Shown here: positions 37,501 through 48,900 of the stretch, piece after piece
How the letters are laid out: each line of letters opens with the position of its first letter
How positions within the stretch are numbered: the first letter of the stretch is position 1
DNA from: Candidatus Woesearchaeota archaeon
Lineage (GTDB): Archaea; Nanobdellota; Nanobdellia; UBA10117
Direction of reading: 5' to 3'
Assembly (NCBI GenBank): GCA_964354105.1
Contig: CAYGXM010000004.1
Span: forward strand, 5,193 to 69,192
DNA: 64,000 bases
Made by a program: the position numbers and the translations under genes
The notes under the pieces: generated by a model
Databases searched by the model: none
Told to the model about the DNA's origin: nothing
What the model saw: only the letters and a program-made list of their open reading frames with translations

Positions 37501-39979
37501 CGTTATTGCAGATTTCAGTTATTGGGAAAACCGTCTGGCTGCAGCTTAATGAGCCGCTAGAGCAGATGTACTCGCCAATTGCACAAGCACCAGGCAGGCC
37601 AGTATCACAAGCAGTGCCTTGCTCTGGGAATGTTTCATCTATTTGAATATCACAATCATCATCTACACCATTGCAAACTTCTGTTGCACCTGGATAAATG
37701 CTTGGATTATTATCATTACAATCAGTTGTTCCGCAGGCAAGTGTTGCCTGTGGTTTAAACGTGGCTGCACCTGAGACTGAACTTATTGGAAGCCCGCAAG
37801 CATTATTTCTGCAGATTGTGCGTGGATCATCGGAATTTTGGCAGTTGTACTGCGTAGAAAGCATTGTAGTGCCTGAGCAATAATATTCAGTTAGCATGTA
37901 ATTTGATGTGCAGATATCGCATTTTGTTGTCCCACTCGCTGTGGTACAACCGGCGACAGGATAATCAATACCGAGATCAGTTTCTGTACAAGTTGGTGCT
38001 ATGCAAACACCATTTGAGCAAGTCCATCCAGGGCCAAATTCGACATCACAGTCGATATCCTGGTATAGCCTGCTTCCCCCGCTGCAGTAATATTCTCTCA
38101 AGTCTATGTTGCCATCGACGATGCAGCCATCACCCAAACAGTCCCCATCGATGCAAGTTTTTCCTTTAACAATATAATTAAGACCGCCATCTGTATCTGT
38201 ACAAGTTACTGGGCAGTCGCTTGGGCAAGTTGCATAAGTTTCATATGGAGAATTGCAGATGCCGTCTCCGCAATATGCGCTTATGTTGCTGCCATTATAA
38301 CTATCTCCATCGTTATCGATGCAGGCAGCTCCGCATAAGTCATCATACTCGCAGTTAGGATCGTTGCAATCATACAAGCCATCACAGTCATTATCTATAT
38401 GATCGCCGCAATTGTTAGTTTCTATGCCTGGTGGCAATGGCGTGCAGTGGTCAACATATGTTCCGCCTTCGCATGCCTTGTATCCAGTATTTTCACAAGC
38501 GCCAATTCCGCAAGTGATTGTTTGTGTTGGTATGCCTTCATCAATCTCTGCAGGTACATCGCAATCATCATCTATTCCATTACAGGTTTCTGAAGTTGGC
38601 GCGCATGACAAACTAGGAATCCAGGCAACATTTTGACTATCTATTCCTCTACATGATGTTCCAGGATCGCAAGTCATGCTGCAGTCTGTTGGTGTTTGTG
38701 CTGGACAGGTATCACTATAACCAGTGCAATATGCTGTAGGCAGGTAAGTTCCCACTAAAGTACACAGATTCTGGCAGAAAGTATATGCACAATCAGTAGA
38801 TGAAGCACATATTACATCTGAATTTTGATAAGCATCTGTCGGGCAATATGCGTTTGAGCCCGTACATGTTTCAGCTATGTCACAAGCGCCTGCAGCTGCT
38901 CTGCAAACATTGCCTGTGCTGAAAGTACATTCATTTGGCTGGCCTGCAGGTATACAACAAACCTCGCCATCACACTGCTCTGTTCCTTCAACTAGGTCGT
39001 TTCCGCAGACTTGTGCAGGTGGTGTAGTGTAAAATGGAAGGTAAGCATTAGTTGTTGCCAGGGAGCTGTGCAATCCGCGAACGAAATTATACAGGCCCTG
39101 CGCATTTACATTTGCAAAAACAGCTGTTGGCAGTCTGCCCCATGATGATGCAGATACAGTAGGGTTAATGCTCGTCCAGAAGCTATTGGTTCTTACGGAT
39201 GCACGCTGAAATTGACTTACAGTGCTGAAAGAGTATGTATCCCAGCAGTTACCGGAGAATGTTACGCCTGTAAACTTCAGTTCATTTTCGTTGTAAGTGG
39301 TTAATACCAACTTATTCTTGACGCCAGCCTGGCTTCCTGCAACAATATCATCTGCCGGCGGTGTTGCATCTGGGTTTATTGAAGAGCCTGCATATAACCG
39401 CGGGTAATCGATGCCTTGTACAATAGAAGGGGAATTGGAAACATAAAGCTGATTTGGAACTCCAGGAATATAATCTGTTCCGAGCTTCAGCTTGCCTTCA
39501 TTTGGTATTGTGCCCTGGAAATTGGCAAAATAAATTGTTGGCGCATACGAGCCTGTTACGCCATCTGCTGTCTTGAACCATGCGTTTCCGAGCAGATAGT
39601 CCCAAGCTTTAAGAGATTCATCTTCCGGATTAATTGCTGCGCAAATTATATACCCTGGCTTGTTTGGTATAAGCTCGCTGATGTCTGCTATGTTCTTTGG
39701 CGTATTTGGCATTAAATTATAATCAACACTATTTTGCATGCACTGTGTGCCATCACTATAGATAAAGACGCATCTTACTGTTACGGAATCTGTCAAATGT
39801 GTATTATGCAGCACTATCTTTGTATTTTGTATTGCGAGATTATTGGAGTCTGTTGTGAATATAGGAAATAGCAATCCGCTACCCGGCCTGTCAAAAGGAG
39901 CGGCGGTTGCGGCTGGCATGAATGCGAGGGCTGCAGCTAACAAAACGAAGACTGCCAGTAATAATATTTTGGTTTTCAT
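34553..39979 (-). CDS. 1808-aa secreted, C-terminally anchored Cys-rich surface protein (N-terminal 'Y' domain)
   Basis: Signal peptide 'MKTKILLLAVFVLLAAALAFMPAATA'. Y domain at approximately aa 27-320. Cys-rich modules include 'CNGIDDDCD' and 'CNGVDDDCD', plus 'CTDTDGG' modules. Ig-like repeats ('T.YYSID..GN.E'). C-terminal TM 'VVAAFILIGIAALFIYLERRKRQ'. Confidence 0.85.
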   Translation of the reverse strand: MKTKILLLAVFVLLAAALAFMPAATAAPFDRPGSGLLFPIFTTDSNNLAIQNTKIVLHNTHLTDSVTVRCVFIYSDGTQCMQNSVDYNLMPNTPKNIADISELIPNKPGYIICAAINPEDESLKAWDYLLGNAWFKTADGVTGSYAPTIYFANFQGTIPNEGKLKLGTDYIPGVPNQLYVSNSPSIVQGIDYPRLYAGSSINPDATPPADDIVAGSQAGVKNKLVLTTYNENELKFTGVTFSGNCWDTYSFSTVSQFQRASVRTNSFWTSINPTVSASSWGRLPTAVFANVNAQGLYNFVRGLHSSLATTNAYLPFYTTPPAQVCGNDLVEGTEQCDGEVCCIPAGQPNECTFSTGNVCRAAAGACDIAETCTGSNAYCPTDAYQNSDVICASSTDCAYTFCQNLCTLVGTYLPTAYCTGYSDTCPAQTPTDCSMTCDPGTSCRGIDSQNVAWIPSLSCAPTSETCNGIDDDCDVPAEIDEGIPTQTITCGIGACENTGYKACEGGTYVDHCTPLPPGIETNNCGDHIDNDCDGLYDCNDPNCEYDDLCGAACIDNDGDSYNGSNISAYCGDGICNSPYETYATCPSDCPVTCTDTDGGLNYIVKGKTCIDGDCLGDGCIVDGNIDLREYYCSGGSRLYQDIDCDVEFGPGWTCSNGVCIAPTCTETDLGIDYPVAGCTTASGTTKCDICTSNYMLTEYYCSGTTMLSTQYNCQNSDDPRTICRNNACGLPISSVSGAATFKPQATLACGTTDCNDNNPSIYPGATEVCNGVDDDCDIQIDETFPEQGTACDTGLPGACAIGEYICSSGSLSCSQTVFPITEICNNGIDDSCDGYTDCDDSACLTSPYCDTTPPVTTATYVGTMGNNNWYTSDVQVTLSCTDDISGCATTYYNINGGTFEIASTPFTVSSEGATTICYYSIDAAGNTETPAKCDTISVDKSVPTIVDATVTPDLVGQTATITITKTVTDNLAGVASVDAGVQDSSGGGVGKIPLTLISGDAYNGVWQGTFTFDSSTADGTYTIYDIAKDAAGNAAMYTDGSVLLDRTGPLVMITSITPNYVAPSGTVTIITEASDATSGFASQDSVIAKDGTAGIPATLTSFTGSLLPGETGTWTFSQTTALPEGNHTETVAATDKAGNSATASGIFIVDATAPTTTKTLIDSDNDGFADAFTLAATDALSGVNITYYSIDSGAYVAYTGQVTIPEGIHTINYYSVDNVGNTEIAKSQTDTGDYCPGVPGFTAPTEYVLEILDFASTASTVTTQRVFAGNTEVFASADGKYHIPLKDSSGNFIDDNTNYNTLPKGVWVVDRQGAVEATGIGTSCAGGGHDGHGGCYDNMKNAGVIVVGVKGDGLPSNTYVYYKTKATLDGDVVVRNTANAKFEKQGDGIAVKGNINQDEFTVATEGTNVMSILAEASVRPSSDYMKITFYDLQGCPYGDITNAVMHIVDQKKSGICGYGSNGRAKETCTVPIEGMDVKIYDRNDALFKSTYGSNPSKNLYDNIFEADIGLVGGCTTAADGACLAPEAYGGKFLVIGKYADTVNGITIYQGRLKNFKVKDCNRDEWGCEGSCKDEEEDDSDSVTLGENEIVKTKNLRIVKIINKYGSVKYEAGNRQIIIGSELNVVSADYVLWEENEELYPFVFSSTENWTVDVCVQVPEGYEIAGILDADGNVLATSDCVQAIIAGEDKVILFRVLETGSPEPNMSFTLTAEHEGQTTEIKQEVGGLRAVNEPALEAPVNAKVAEIQAKIAEEKQKAAAVILKKQQQAATGKLPAVFGAAGVQNTVVAAFILIGIAALFIYLERRKRQ
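37994..38203 (-). repeat. 'CTDTDGG...' Cys-rich module, approximately 90% nt identity to 42153-42362 in the neighbouring gene
   Basis: A by-eye alignment shows identical runs of 23, 66, 40 and 14 nt, e.g. 'atatcctggtatagcctgcttcccccgctgcagtaatattctctcaagtctatgttgccatcgac' in both copies. Confidence 0.85.
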
Positions 39980-39980
39980 C

Positions 39981-42900
39981 TTAAGCCTCCTCTCCTGGAT
40001 AGTTGATGATTACGGTTGGACATCCTCCGGTGCAAGTGCCTGCCAGCACATTGACTCCGCTGTATGCATTCGGCAAGCTGCGTTCATTTACATCATAGTG
40101 CACATACGCGCCTAAGATTGCCGGCGTAGTCCCTGAAGCCTGAATCTTGATTGTTCCTGTTTCAGAACCTAGGTCGTTGCGCGAGAATGCAGAAGATATG
40201 CTGTTGAGCGGCGTGTACAGGTAACAGGAGTTAAGAGTTTGGGCTATAGATTGCCCACTTCCACTTTCGCTGTATGCTGTGAAAACATTTGTAACTGGCG
40301 TAAAGCTTGAACCGTCAGCCAAATTTGTAAGCGGGGACATGAGCGCAAGATTGTTGTCTGAGTCTGTGTCTGATGCTAGATAGCCTGGCATGAGCAGTGT
40401 GTTTGGCCATTTTTCAAGATATACTCCATCAAATCGCAAGCTTCCTGTCGGGCCTGCCAGGCCGTTCAGTGACCTGAAGCCAATCATATTATAGCTGCCA
40501 TAATGTCCTGTGTCTTCTTCCTTGAATTCTACACTTCCAATCAAAGTGTTGTGGCCTAGTGCATTTCCATTCATATCACTTGTATAAGCAATCATGTAGC
40601 CTGTTGTTCCTGGCGCTATGTCTGAAACTAAGAAAGGAGGATATGGCTGATTCCTTGTGAGAGTAAATGACATATCAGATACAAAACAGCCGTCAGCGCT
40701 AATGAAATATGCTTTTACATATTCCGTAATTGTACCAGTGTTAGTTAGTATGATTGTCGTGTCTCCAGCGCTTGTTGTATAGAAAGGTGCAATCAGCACT
40801 GCAGCTGGGAGGTTTGTTGCGTCTCTTGAAGGTATTGTAACAGCGCATACAGGATCTTGTGCACAATCACTGTCTGCACAGTCAATTAGGTCATCTCTAT
40901 CATCATCCTTGTTATTATTGCATACTTCAGGCACAGGCGGACAGCTTTGTGAGCAAGTCAGGCCTGTATTTGCATCGTCATCCCGCAAGTAATCGCAAGT
41001 ATTGTCACTTCCGGAATTGCCAGTTGAGTCTTGAGTTAGGAATATATCATTATTGCGATTCGCGCAAGCTATATTATCTGTTAGGTTATTATTGTTAGAC
41101 CCGGCCATAACGATTATGCCGTCGAGATTATAACTAATGTTATTGTTATAAATGGAATTCAGCCCAGACTGCATACCAATAGAAAGGCCACCTCCAACAT
41201 TCGAGCTTATAGTATTGCCGTCTATTGTGTTATAAGAAGACGATTGATCAAACCTAATACCTTGCTGATTATCGTATATGTTATTATTAGTCAGCCTGCT
41301 ATTGCTGATATGCCTTAGAGAAATTGCAGTTCCCCAATCTCGTATTACGCAATTCTTTATCAAGACATTATTTCTTGATTGTGCCATTATGCCTGTCCAG
41401 CCGGTGCTCACACCTGGTCCTATTAACGACTGGTCGTTGCAGTCTAAAACAACATTATCTGCTAGTATGGTAATGCAAGGCTCCCTAGATGGTTGTGTTA
41501 TGTCAGTCTGCAATTGGTACGTCTTTCCTGCTTGGTCTAGGGACTGGCATTCCGTTATGATAATAGGCAGGCAATATGGATCTTGTGCACAATCGCTGTC
41601 TGCACAGTCAATTAATTGATCACCATCATCATCAATTTGGTTGTTGCAGATTTCTGGAACTGGGCAGGGCGTGCAGGTCAATTGCGGATTATCACCTGTG
41701 TCGCCTGATGGACCATTACAGATATTGACTCCTATGTTTGACGCACTTCCTTCTATAACGATGTTGTTATCATATTCATTATTGCAGACATGGTTATTAC
41801 TCACCAGGTTGTCGTTTGAGTTGTAATAAAGGAAAATGCCAGCCTGCCAATTGTCATGGACTGTGTTATTGATCAGATTGCTGTTCTGCACAGAGTTGAA
41901 TTGGATGCCGTTATCGAAATTAGTTATGATGCAATTCTTTACTGTGATTCCATTTACGGACTCAGCATATATGCCATTACCACTGCCATAGCCTGTGCCT
42001 GCTATTGTATGCCCACCACAATCTAAAATGATATTACTTGCGTAGAAGCTGAAGCACTGGTCATATCCATCATCAATGTTATTCTGCAGGATGTACGTAG
42101 CTCCTGCTTGGTCTAGGGACTGGCAGCCATAAACTGGGATCTCTGTTGGCTGAGGTGCTACGCAGGCACCATTTAAGCAAGTCCATCCAGGGCCAAATTC
42201 GACTTCGCAGAGGATATCCTGGTATAGCCTGCTTCCCCCGCTGCAGTAATATTCTCTCAAGTCTATGTTGCCATCGACTATGCAACCATCTGCCATGCAG
42301 TCCCCATCGATGCAAGTTTTTCCTTTAACAATATAATTAATACCGCCGTCTGTATCTGTACAAGCTGTTGGAGTTATGCAGGCAGTGCAGTCAGCATTGC
42401 AAACAAGATTTGGCTCATATGATGGGCTGAATGAATTTCCATTAAAGCAGCCATTTGTTCCGCCTGGAGGATCGCAAAGCTCTCCAGCTTCAATGATTTC
42501 GTTTCCGCAGAATGCTGCTTGCACATTTACATTAACAGTCCTTGTTGCAGACATGCCTGTTCTGCTGTATGAGTCTGTTGCTGTCGCGTAATAGCTATGC
42601 CAGCCATTTGCTATGTTATTTATTGTAACTGTACAGTCTGCTGTTGTCGGATCTATCTGCGTGCAAGGCATTGTATAAGGATTGCTGTCAAAGTATAATG
42701 TTGCGGATGTTATGGAAGATGCACCAAAAGTCTTTGTTGCAGAGCCTGAGGTTGAAATCCCCTGACCTCCTACACAAGCTCCTTCGTCGCAAACATATCC
42801 CTTTGGACAATAAGTGTCATAATAAACTGCAGTGCTGCCACTGCAAATTGCCTCGCGGATAGGACTTGGGCCTGTTGCGCTTACACCCATATAATTTAGC

Positions 42901-45900
42901 CCGCAGTCATCACACAACTGTTGGCCTTCTGATGTGCTTACACAAGTAGCAGTATACAAATTAGTTCCATCAGGGTCTGTACAAGTTGGTGCTGGAGGCG
43001 TGCAAGAAGTGCAGTCCGTGCAAGTGTAGCCAGATGGACATCCATTTGGTGTTGCACTTTGGTCGCAGACTTCTCCTGCATCCACTATTTGATTGCCGCA
43101 TACTGGCGGAGGAGGAGCCTGTTCAGTTACTTGGATTTGGAAAGTTATGGAATCAGTTGCTACAGTTGCTCCATCAAAAGGTGTTGGAGGTTCTGTGAAT
43201 GTGATAGCAGGGACTATTGGTGCACAAATAGGGTTTTGTGCACAGTCAGGGTCTGCGCAGTCAATTAATTGATCAGCATCATTATCTATCAAGTCATTAC
43301 ACATAAATTCTACCGGCGGTACTTGCTGGAAGCTGTTGTTGTGTATGGAATTGACTTCTCCGCATATGCCTTGTGAATAATCGCATACAAACGGAGTTAC
43401 TACGTAATAAACTGTGTTGTACGTAACCGTATTATCAATAGATTCTGAAAGCACAATTCCTGTGTTGACATTATTCAAGATGTTGTTTGTAATGTCTGTT
43501 GCATCTGTACTATCAAGGGTTATGCCGACATCTGCATAATTTATGACGTTGTCTTCAATCGGGTCGGTCCCGCTGACACTGCCATATACTGCGTATGTTG
43601 TATAAGAGATGGCATTGCCTTTCTTGGTTGCGCCGTATGTATTATATGAATAAATTCCATAATAGCTGTTTGTTATATTGTTATAGTCGATTTTAATATT
43701 GTTCGAGGACATTGCAGAAATGCCTTTGCCGTCGCTAATACCAAGTCCATTGAGCTCTACATCGTTGAACATGACTGAAGCATTGTCTGAATAAGTTCCC
43801 AAGTTGATTCCAGTCCAATTGTTGTAAGCAATGGTGTTGCTAATTATGTTATTATAATCTGAGTCAAGCGTCGTAATGCCTGATTGCGAATTGTATTCGA
43901 TATAATTATTAATTAAATTATTCCCGGGGCTGCTATTAAGGTATATGCCGTCCTGGCTATTCTGGACGACTGAGTTGCCTATTAAGTTTGTTAGCCCACC
44001 ATTTTCCAGGATAATTCCATTGTTCTTGTTATTCTCTGCATGGTTGTTTGTTATATTCGCATTGGCAATGCTATAATTAGCGGCAGCTCCAAAATAAAGC
44101 CCGCTCAAGTTATTATTGTTAAACACATTGTTGTCTATTGTGCCAGTTATACCTCCGGTTACGCCACTAAAGGAAGCGCCGTATTGATTGTTGTAGCTGA
44201 CAATGTTATTTGTAAAGTTGCCCATCCATGGTGTTGCATTAAAGCCGCTTAGGCCATTGTAATTAATATTATTATTGCTGATGTTGTCCAGGAAGCCCTT
44301 GAATATATATACACCATAGCCTTTGTTATAGCTTGCATTGTTGTTCAATAAAATGTTTTGAGGGTGCGGATATGCGAGGTAATAGATGTCAAAGTTTATG
44401 CCTGATTGATTGTTATAAACTGCTGTATTGTCCTGAAGATAGCAATTGGTATATGCAGAGCGATAACAATATATTCCATTCTTATTGTTGTACTCTACAA
44501 TATTATTGGAGAGGTATGTGTTAAGTAAACTACCAGTGTCTGTGCCCGCCCAGTTAAAGAAAATGCCGTGCTCTCCGTTGTTAAATGCGCTATTGCCTGT
44601 AAAGATATTATTAACGCTTTTCGCGGTTACGAAGCCGCTGAGGCCGTTATAGCTGGCATTGTTGTTATTCAAAGTATTATTATTAGAGCCAGCTGATAAG
44701 ATATAGCTAGGAGTGTTAGGATATATGATTATACCCCAGTAATTATACAGCCATATTCCATACTGTGCATTGTTGTTGAATGTGTTGAATGCTATGTTGC
44801 TATACGAAACATTAATGAGCAATGCTCCTTGCTGGTAATTGTTGCTGAATGTATTGTAAAGAATTTGATCGGATGTGCTGTCATTGATGGCCAGGCCATA
44901 CAGTTGTGCATTGCGGGCATCATTAAACGATATATTGTTGTTCGAAGAGATGTCGTACGACCCTATGCCTATCCGGCCATATCTGATGGTATTATTGTAG
45001 ATTGTGCTTGAGCTGACTTTTGAGAGCGCAAGGCCATAATCACCATAAGGACTCGCATCTATGTAATTGCCTGCCACATAATCATTCACGCCGTTAAGCA
45101 CAATGCCGTGGCCGTAGCCTCCACTTCTTGTAATACCTAATACTTTGTTATTTGTTATGCTGCTGCCGTTTATGTTTGACGCATAAATGCCATGAGCATT
45201 TTGGCCTGCTGCATTAGCTTTGAATGTATTGTTGTTAAACGTACAGGCATTTGCATTTAGAACGTATATGCCATGCTCCATGCCTGTGATAAAGCAATTA
45301 TTGACAGTGATATTTGCCCTGTTAGCTATGTTTACGCCTTTGTCTGCATAAATGTAATCTTTGTTGATTGCATAACCCACGCAGTCAAGCTCTACATTAT
45401 CTGCCTGTATATCAATGCAACTGCCGCTGCCAGTCGCAGTCAGGTTATTTGCCAAAATATAATAGTCCGGCACTGTTATTATGCCGCAGCTGTATAAGGG
45501 CTTGCCGCATCTCTTGCTGCAAGTCACTGAGTTGCTGTCGAGGTCCTGCAGGTTCTTGCAGGTATTGTCTCCTGAATTGCCATTTGAGTCTGCTGATAAT
45601 AAAATATCTTTAACTATATTCTTGCAGGCAGTGTTGTTTAAAATTACGCCGTTATCGCTGTTGCTGAATTTAATGCCATAATACCATTCTGTTACAGCGC
45701 AGTTCTTTATGGTGACATTATTTCTGTTTTCTGCATAAACTCCTATCGAGTCGAGTTTGGTAATGCCGTCAATCATATAGTTCTGGCAGTTCAGTTCGAC
45801 ATTGCTAGTCTGTACATTTATGCAAATGTCTGCTGTTGAATTAGCTATATTATTAGCCAGCACGTAACTGCCTGGCATAGTTATGTTCTTGCAGCCTGTT

Positions 45901-48900
45901 ATTGCTGATAATGCAACATAAACAGTCCTCTGCTCCGTATAGCCCATATTTCCTGCGGTGTCATCAGCCTTTACCTTGAACGTGTATGTGCCGTCTGCCA
46001 GGCTTGTTTTTGACTTCTCGCAGACCACGGAGCTTGTTCCTGCTCCTGAAGTTATTGTCATTGACTCGTCGATGCCATTCCAGGTTAAAGTGCATGAAGA
46101 AATGGCCAGCCTTGCATCATTTGCAGTTACATTTACAGCTATTGTTGCAGTTCTTATTATTGCGCCGTCTGAAGGTGTTGGAGGTACAAATGAAACTGTC
46201 GGGATTGTTGTATCTGCTGTAACAGTTATTGTCCTCTGTTCCGTATAGCCTATATTCCCTGAATTATCATTAGCCTTTGCCTTGAATGTGTACGTACCTG
46301 GTAACAGGCCTGTCTTTGTCTTCCCACACATAACGTGGCTTGTTCCATCGCCCATAGTTATTGGCAACGGCTCTTCTATGCCATTCCATATCAAAGTGCA
46401 TGAAGTTACTATTCCTGAATTTATTGCATCAACATTTATGTCAATTGTTGCCGGGGGCAGGAAGTCGGCGCCATTTGCAGGTGTAGGCGGTGTTACAAAC
46501 GTAACAATTGGGGCTGTTACATCCGGACAGCTTCCTATTGTGCAAGTCAACCCAGTATTTGCATCGTCATCCTGCTTATTTGTACAGGTATTATCTCCTG
46601 AATTGCCTGTTGAATCTGAAGTAAGATAAATATCTTTATTTTTATTTGCGCAGGCAGTGTTGCTTGTTAGCGTGTTGCTATCAGCATTATCGATAACGAT
46701 GCCACGATCCGTATTATTAGTTGCTGTATTTCCTGTTAGTATGTTATTAGTAGTAGATTGGATTCGAATGCCCTCCTGGCGGTTGTTGTTAGCTGTGTTG
46801 TTTGTTAATCTACTGTTAGCAGAGTCGTAGATGTAAATACCAAACAAATTACTGTCAGCTGTATTGTTGATTATTTTGCCATTTGGAGAAAACTGAAAAT
46901 ATATTCCACGAGTAAAGTCTGTAATTATGCAATTCCTTACTGTTACGCCTGTTTTACCATTCGCAAAAATACCATGCTCCCCGCCCGCAATGCTTGCTAT
47001 GGTATGACCATTGCAGTCCAAAACAACACCATCAGCTTTTATGTTAAAGCAAACCGAACCTGCGCCGCTACCACTATACGCAATATCATTTTGCAGGCTA
47101 TATGTGCCTGGTGTTGTTATATTCATGCAGTTTGTTATTAGCACTGGAGCTGTTACTAATGGAGCATAATCTCCGCCAACAGTTATTCCTCCTAGAGAAG
47201 TGAAAGGCAAGTCTGTATCGCCGATTAAGTCGCCATTCAAGTCTTCGCCACCATAGGTTGGCCAGTAATTGCCTGCAATATATGGCCCGCCGATTATATT
47301 CGGGCCTGATGTCTTTGTCGTGTTCCATGAATTTGTGGCTGTGCTTGTCACGCCGTACATGAATTTATTATCATAAATCGAATTGCCGCTTCCACCGCCG
47401 AGTTTTAATTGCGTGTTGAAAATATTATGCGCTATTGTACTGCTTGATGGGTTGAACCACTGCGTGCCGTAGATCGTGCCGCAGTTCGTTATATTGTTGC
47501 GCTCGAAAATTACATTTGAACCACTGCCTTCCAAGCAGCGGCCGTCACTATCTACTACATTATTTCTTACTATGGTATTGCTCGGAATATAAATATCCTG
47601 GCCTCCATTGCCATCATTAGGGTTGCTGTTATGGAAGTAATTGTCCAATATCATATTGCCAGTTCCAAGATTATTTATGCCTGCATAGCTGTGGTATTCG
47701 AAAGTATTGCCCACAATGACGCTTCCGGTCATGCCGCCTGCTTCTATGGCAGTGCCGCCAATAGCGCCACCTATGGCCGCGCCGTTGTTGTAGAAATAGT
47801 TGCTGTAAATTGAAATATAAGTGCCATAAACTGACATGCCTGCAGCCTCAGCGCCACCTTCCGTAGTTATTCTTTGCCCATTATTGGATATATTATTTCC
47901 ACGTACTACAATACCTGTGCTTGGATAGCCGCCTTCAAAGCCTATCGCAATACCAAGTCCGCTATTATTCCAGATTGTATTTGTTTCGAAGAAATTATTT
48001 GACCCGCCGTTTTCCAGGGTAATTCCTCGTACACCATTCGAATTAAACGTATTATTAGTTACATTATTATTCGAAGCTGCTGTAAGATATATGCCATGCT
48101 GATTGTTACTTGCAACGTTGTTGATTATGGTATTGTTGTTTGAATAAATCGCAATGCCATAATAATTATTGCTTGCGGTATTCGAAGTTAAGGTATTTAG
48201 ATTGCAATTTGCATCAATGGTAAATCCGTTGTCTGAATTTATGGCTGTGTTTCCTGTCAAGACATTGCCGCTGCTGATTAATACAGGATAGATTTGTCCA
48301 TAAATGTTGAAGCCGCCATTATTTGCAGTGTTCTGTATCAGCATATTATTGGAGCTGTTGAAGAGGCCGAAAGAGTTGGCTGTGTTTCCTGTCAATGTGT
48401 TGTGTGATGAATAAGCTAACTCCATGCCAACATCATTATCAGCTGTTACTAGATTGTTTGTTATGGTAAGATAAATGCTGTTGTAAGCTGAAAAACCAAC
48501 AAAATTGCTGCTAAACGTATTATTTATTATTTCACTGCTAGCACTATTGGCGTTGATATACATGCCATATCTCCAGTCAGAAGTGACGCAGTTCTTTATT
48601 GTTATGTACTGGCGCCCGTCTGCAACAATGCCTTTTGCAGCCCCCGAATCAATACCATCAATAGTGTGGCCCCCGCAATCAAGGGTAACATCATTTGCCC
48701 GTATATCAATGCAAGAAGAAGTTACAGGGGAATTGATTATGTTCTGTGTTAATCTATACACTCCAGGTGACGTGATATTTTGGCAGCCAGAGATTGGCGT
48801 CGCACAGATTCTTGAGCAGGTTAAGAGGTATTCACCAGATTCGTCATTCAAAGTTGTACAAATATTATCGCCTGAGTTGCCATATGAACCGCCAAAAATG

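Noticed and set aside
37994-42362. The near-identical 200-bp pair as the template/variable repeat of a diversity-generating retroelement
   Set aside because: The mismatches are not adenine-specific (a/t, a/g, t/a and c/g are all seen). Both copies are in-frame coding modules. No reverse transcriptase is present in the window.
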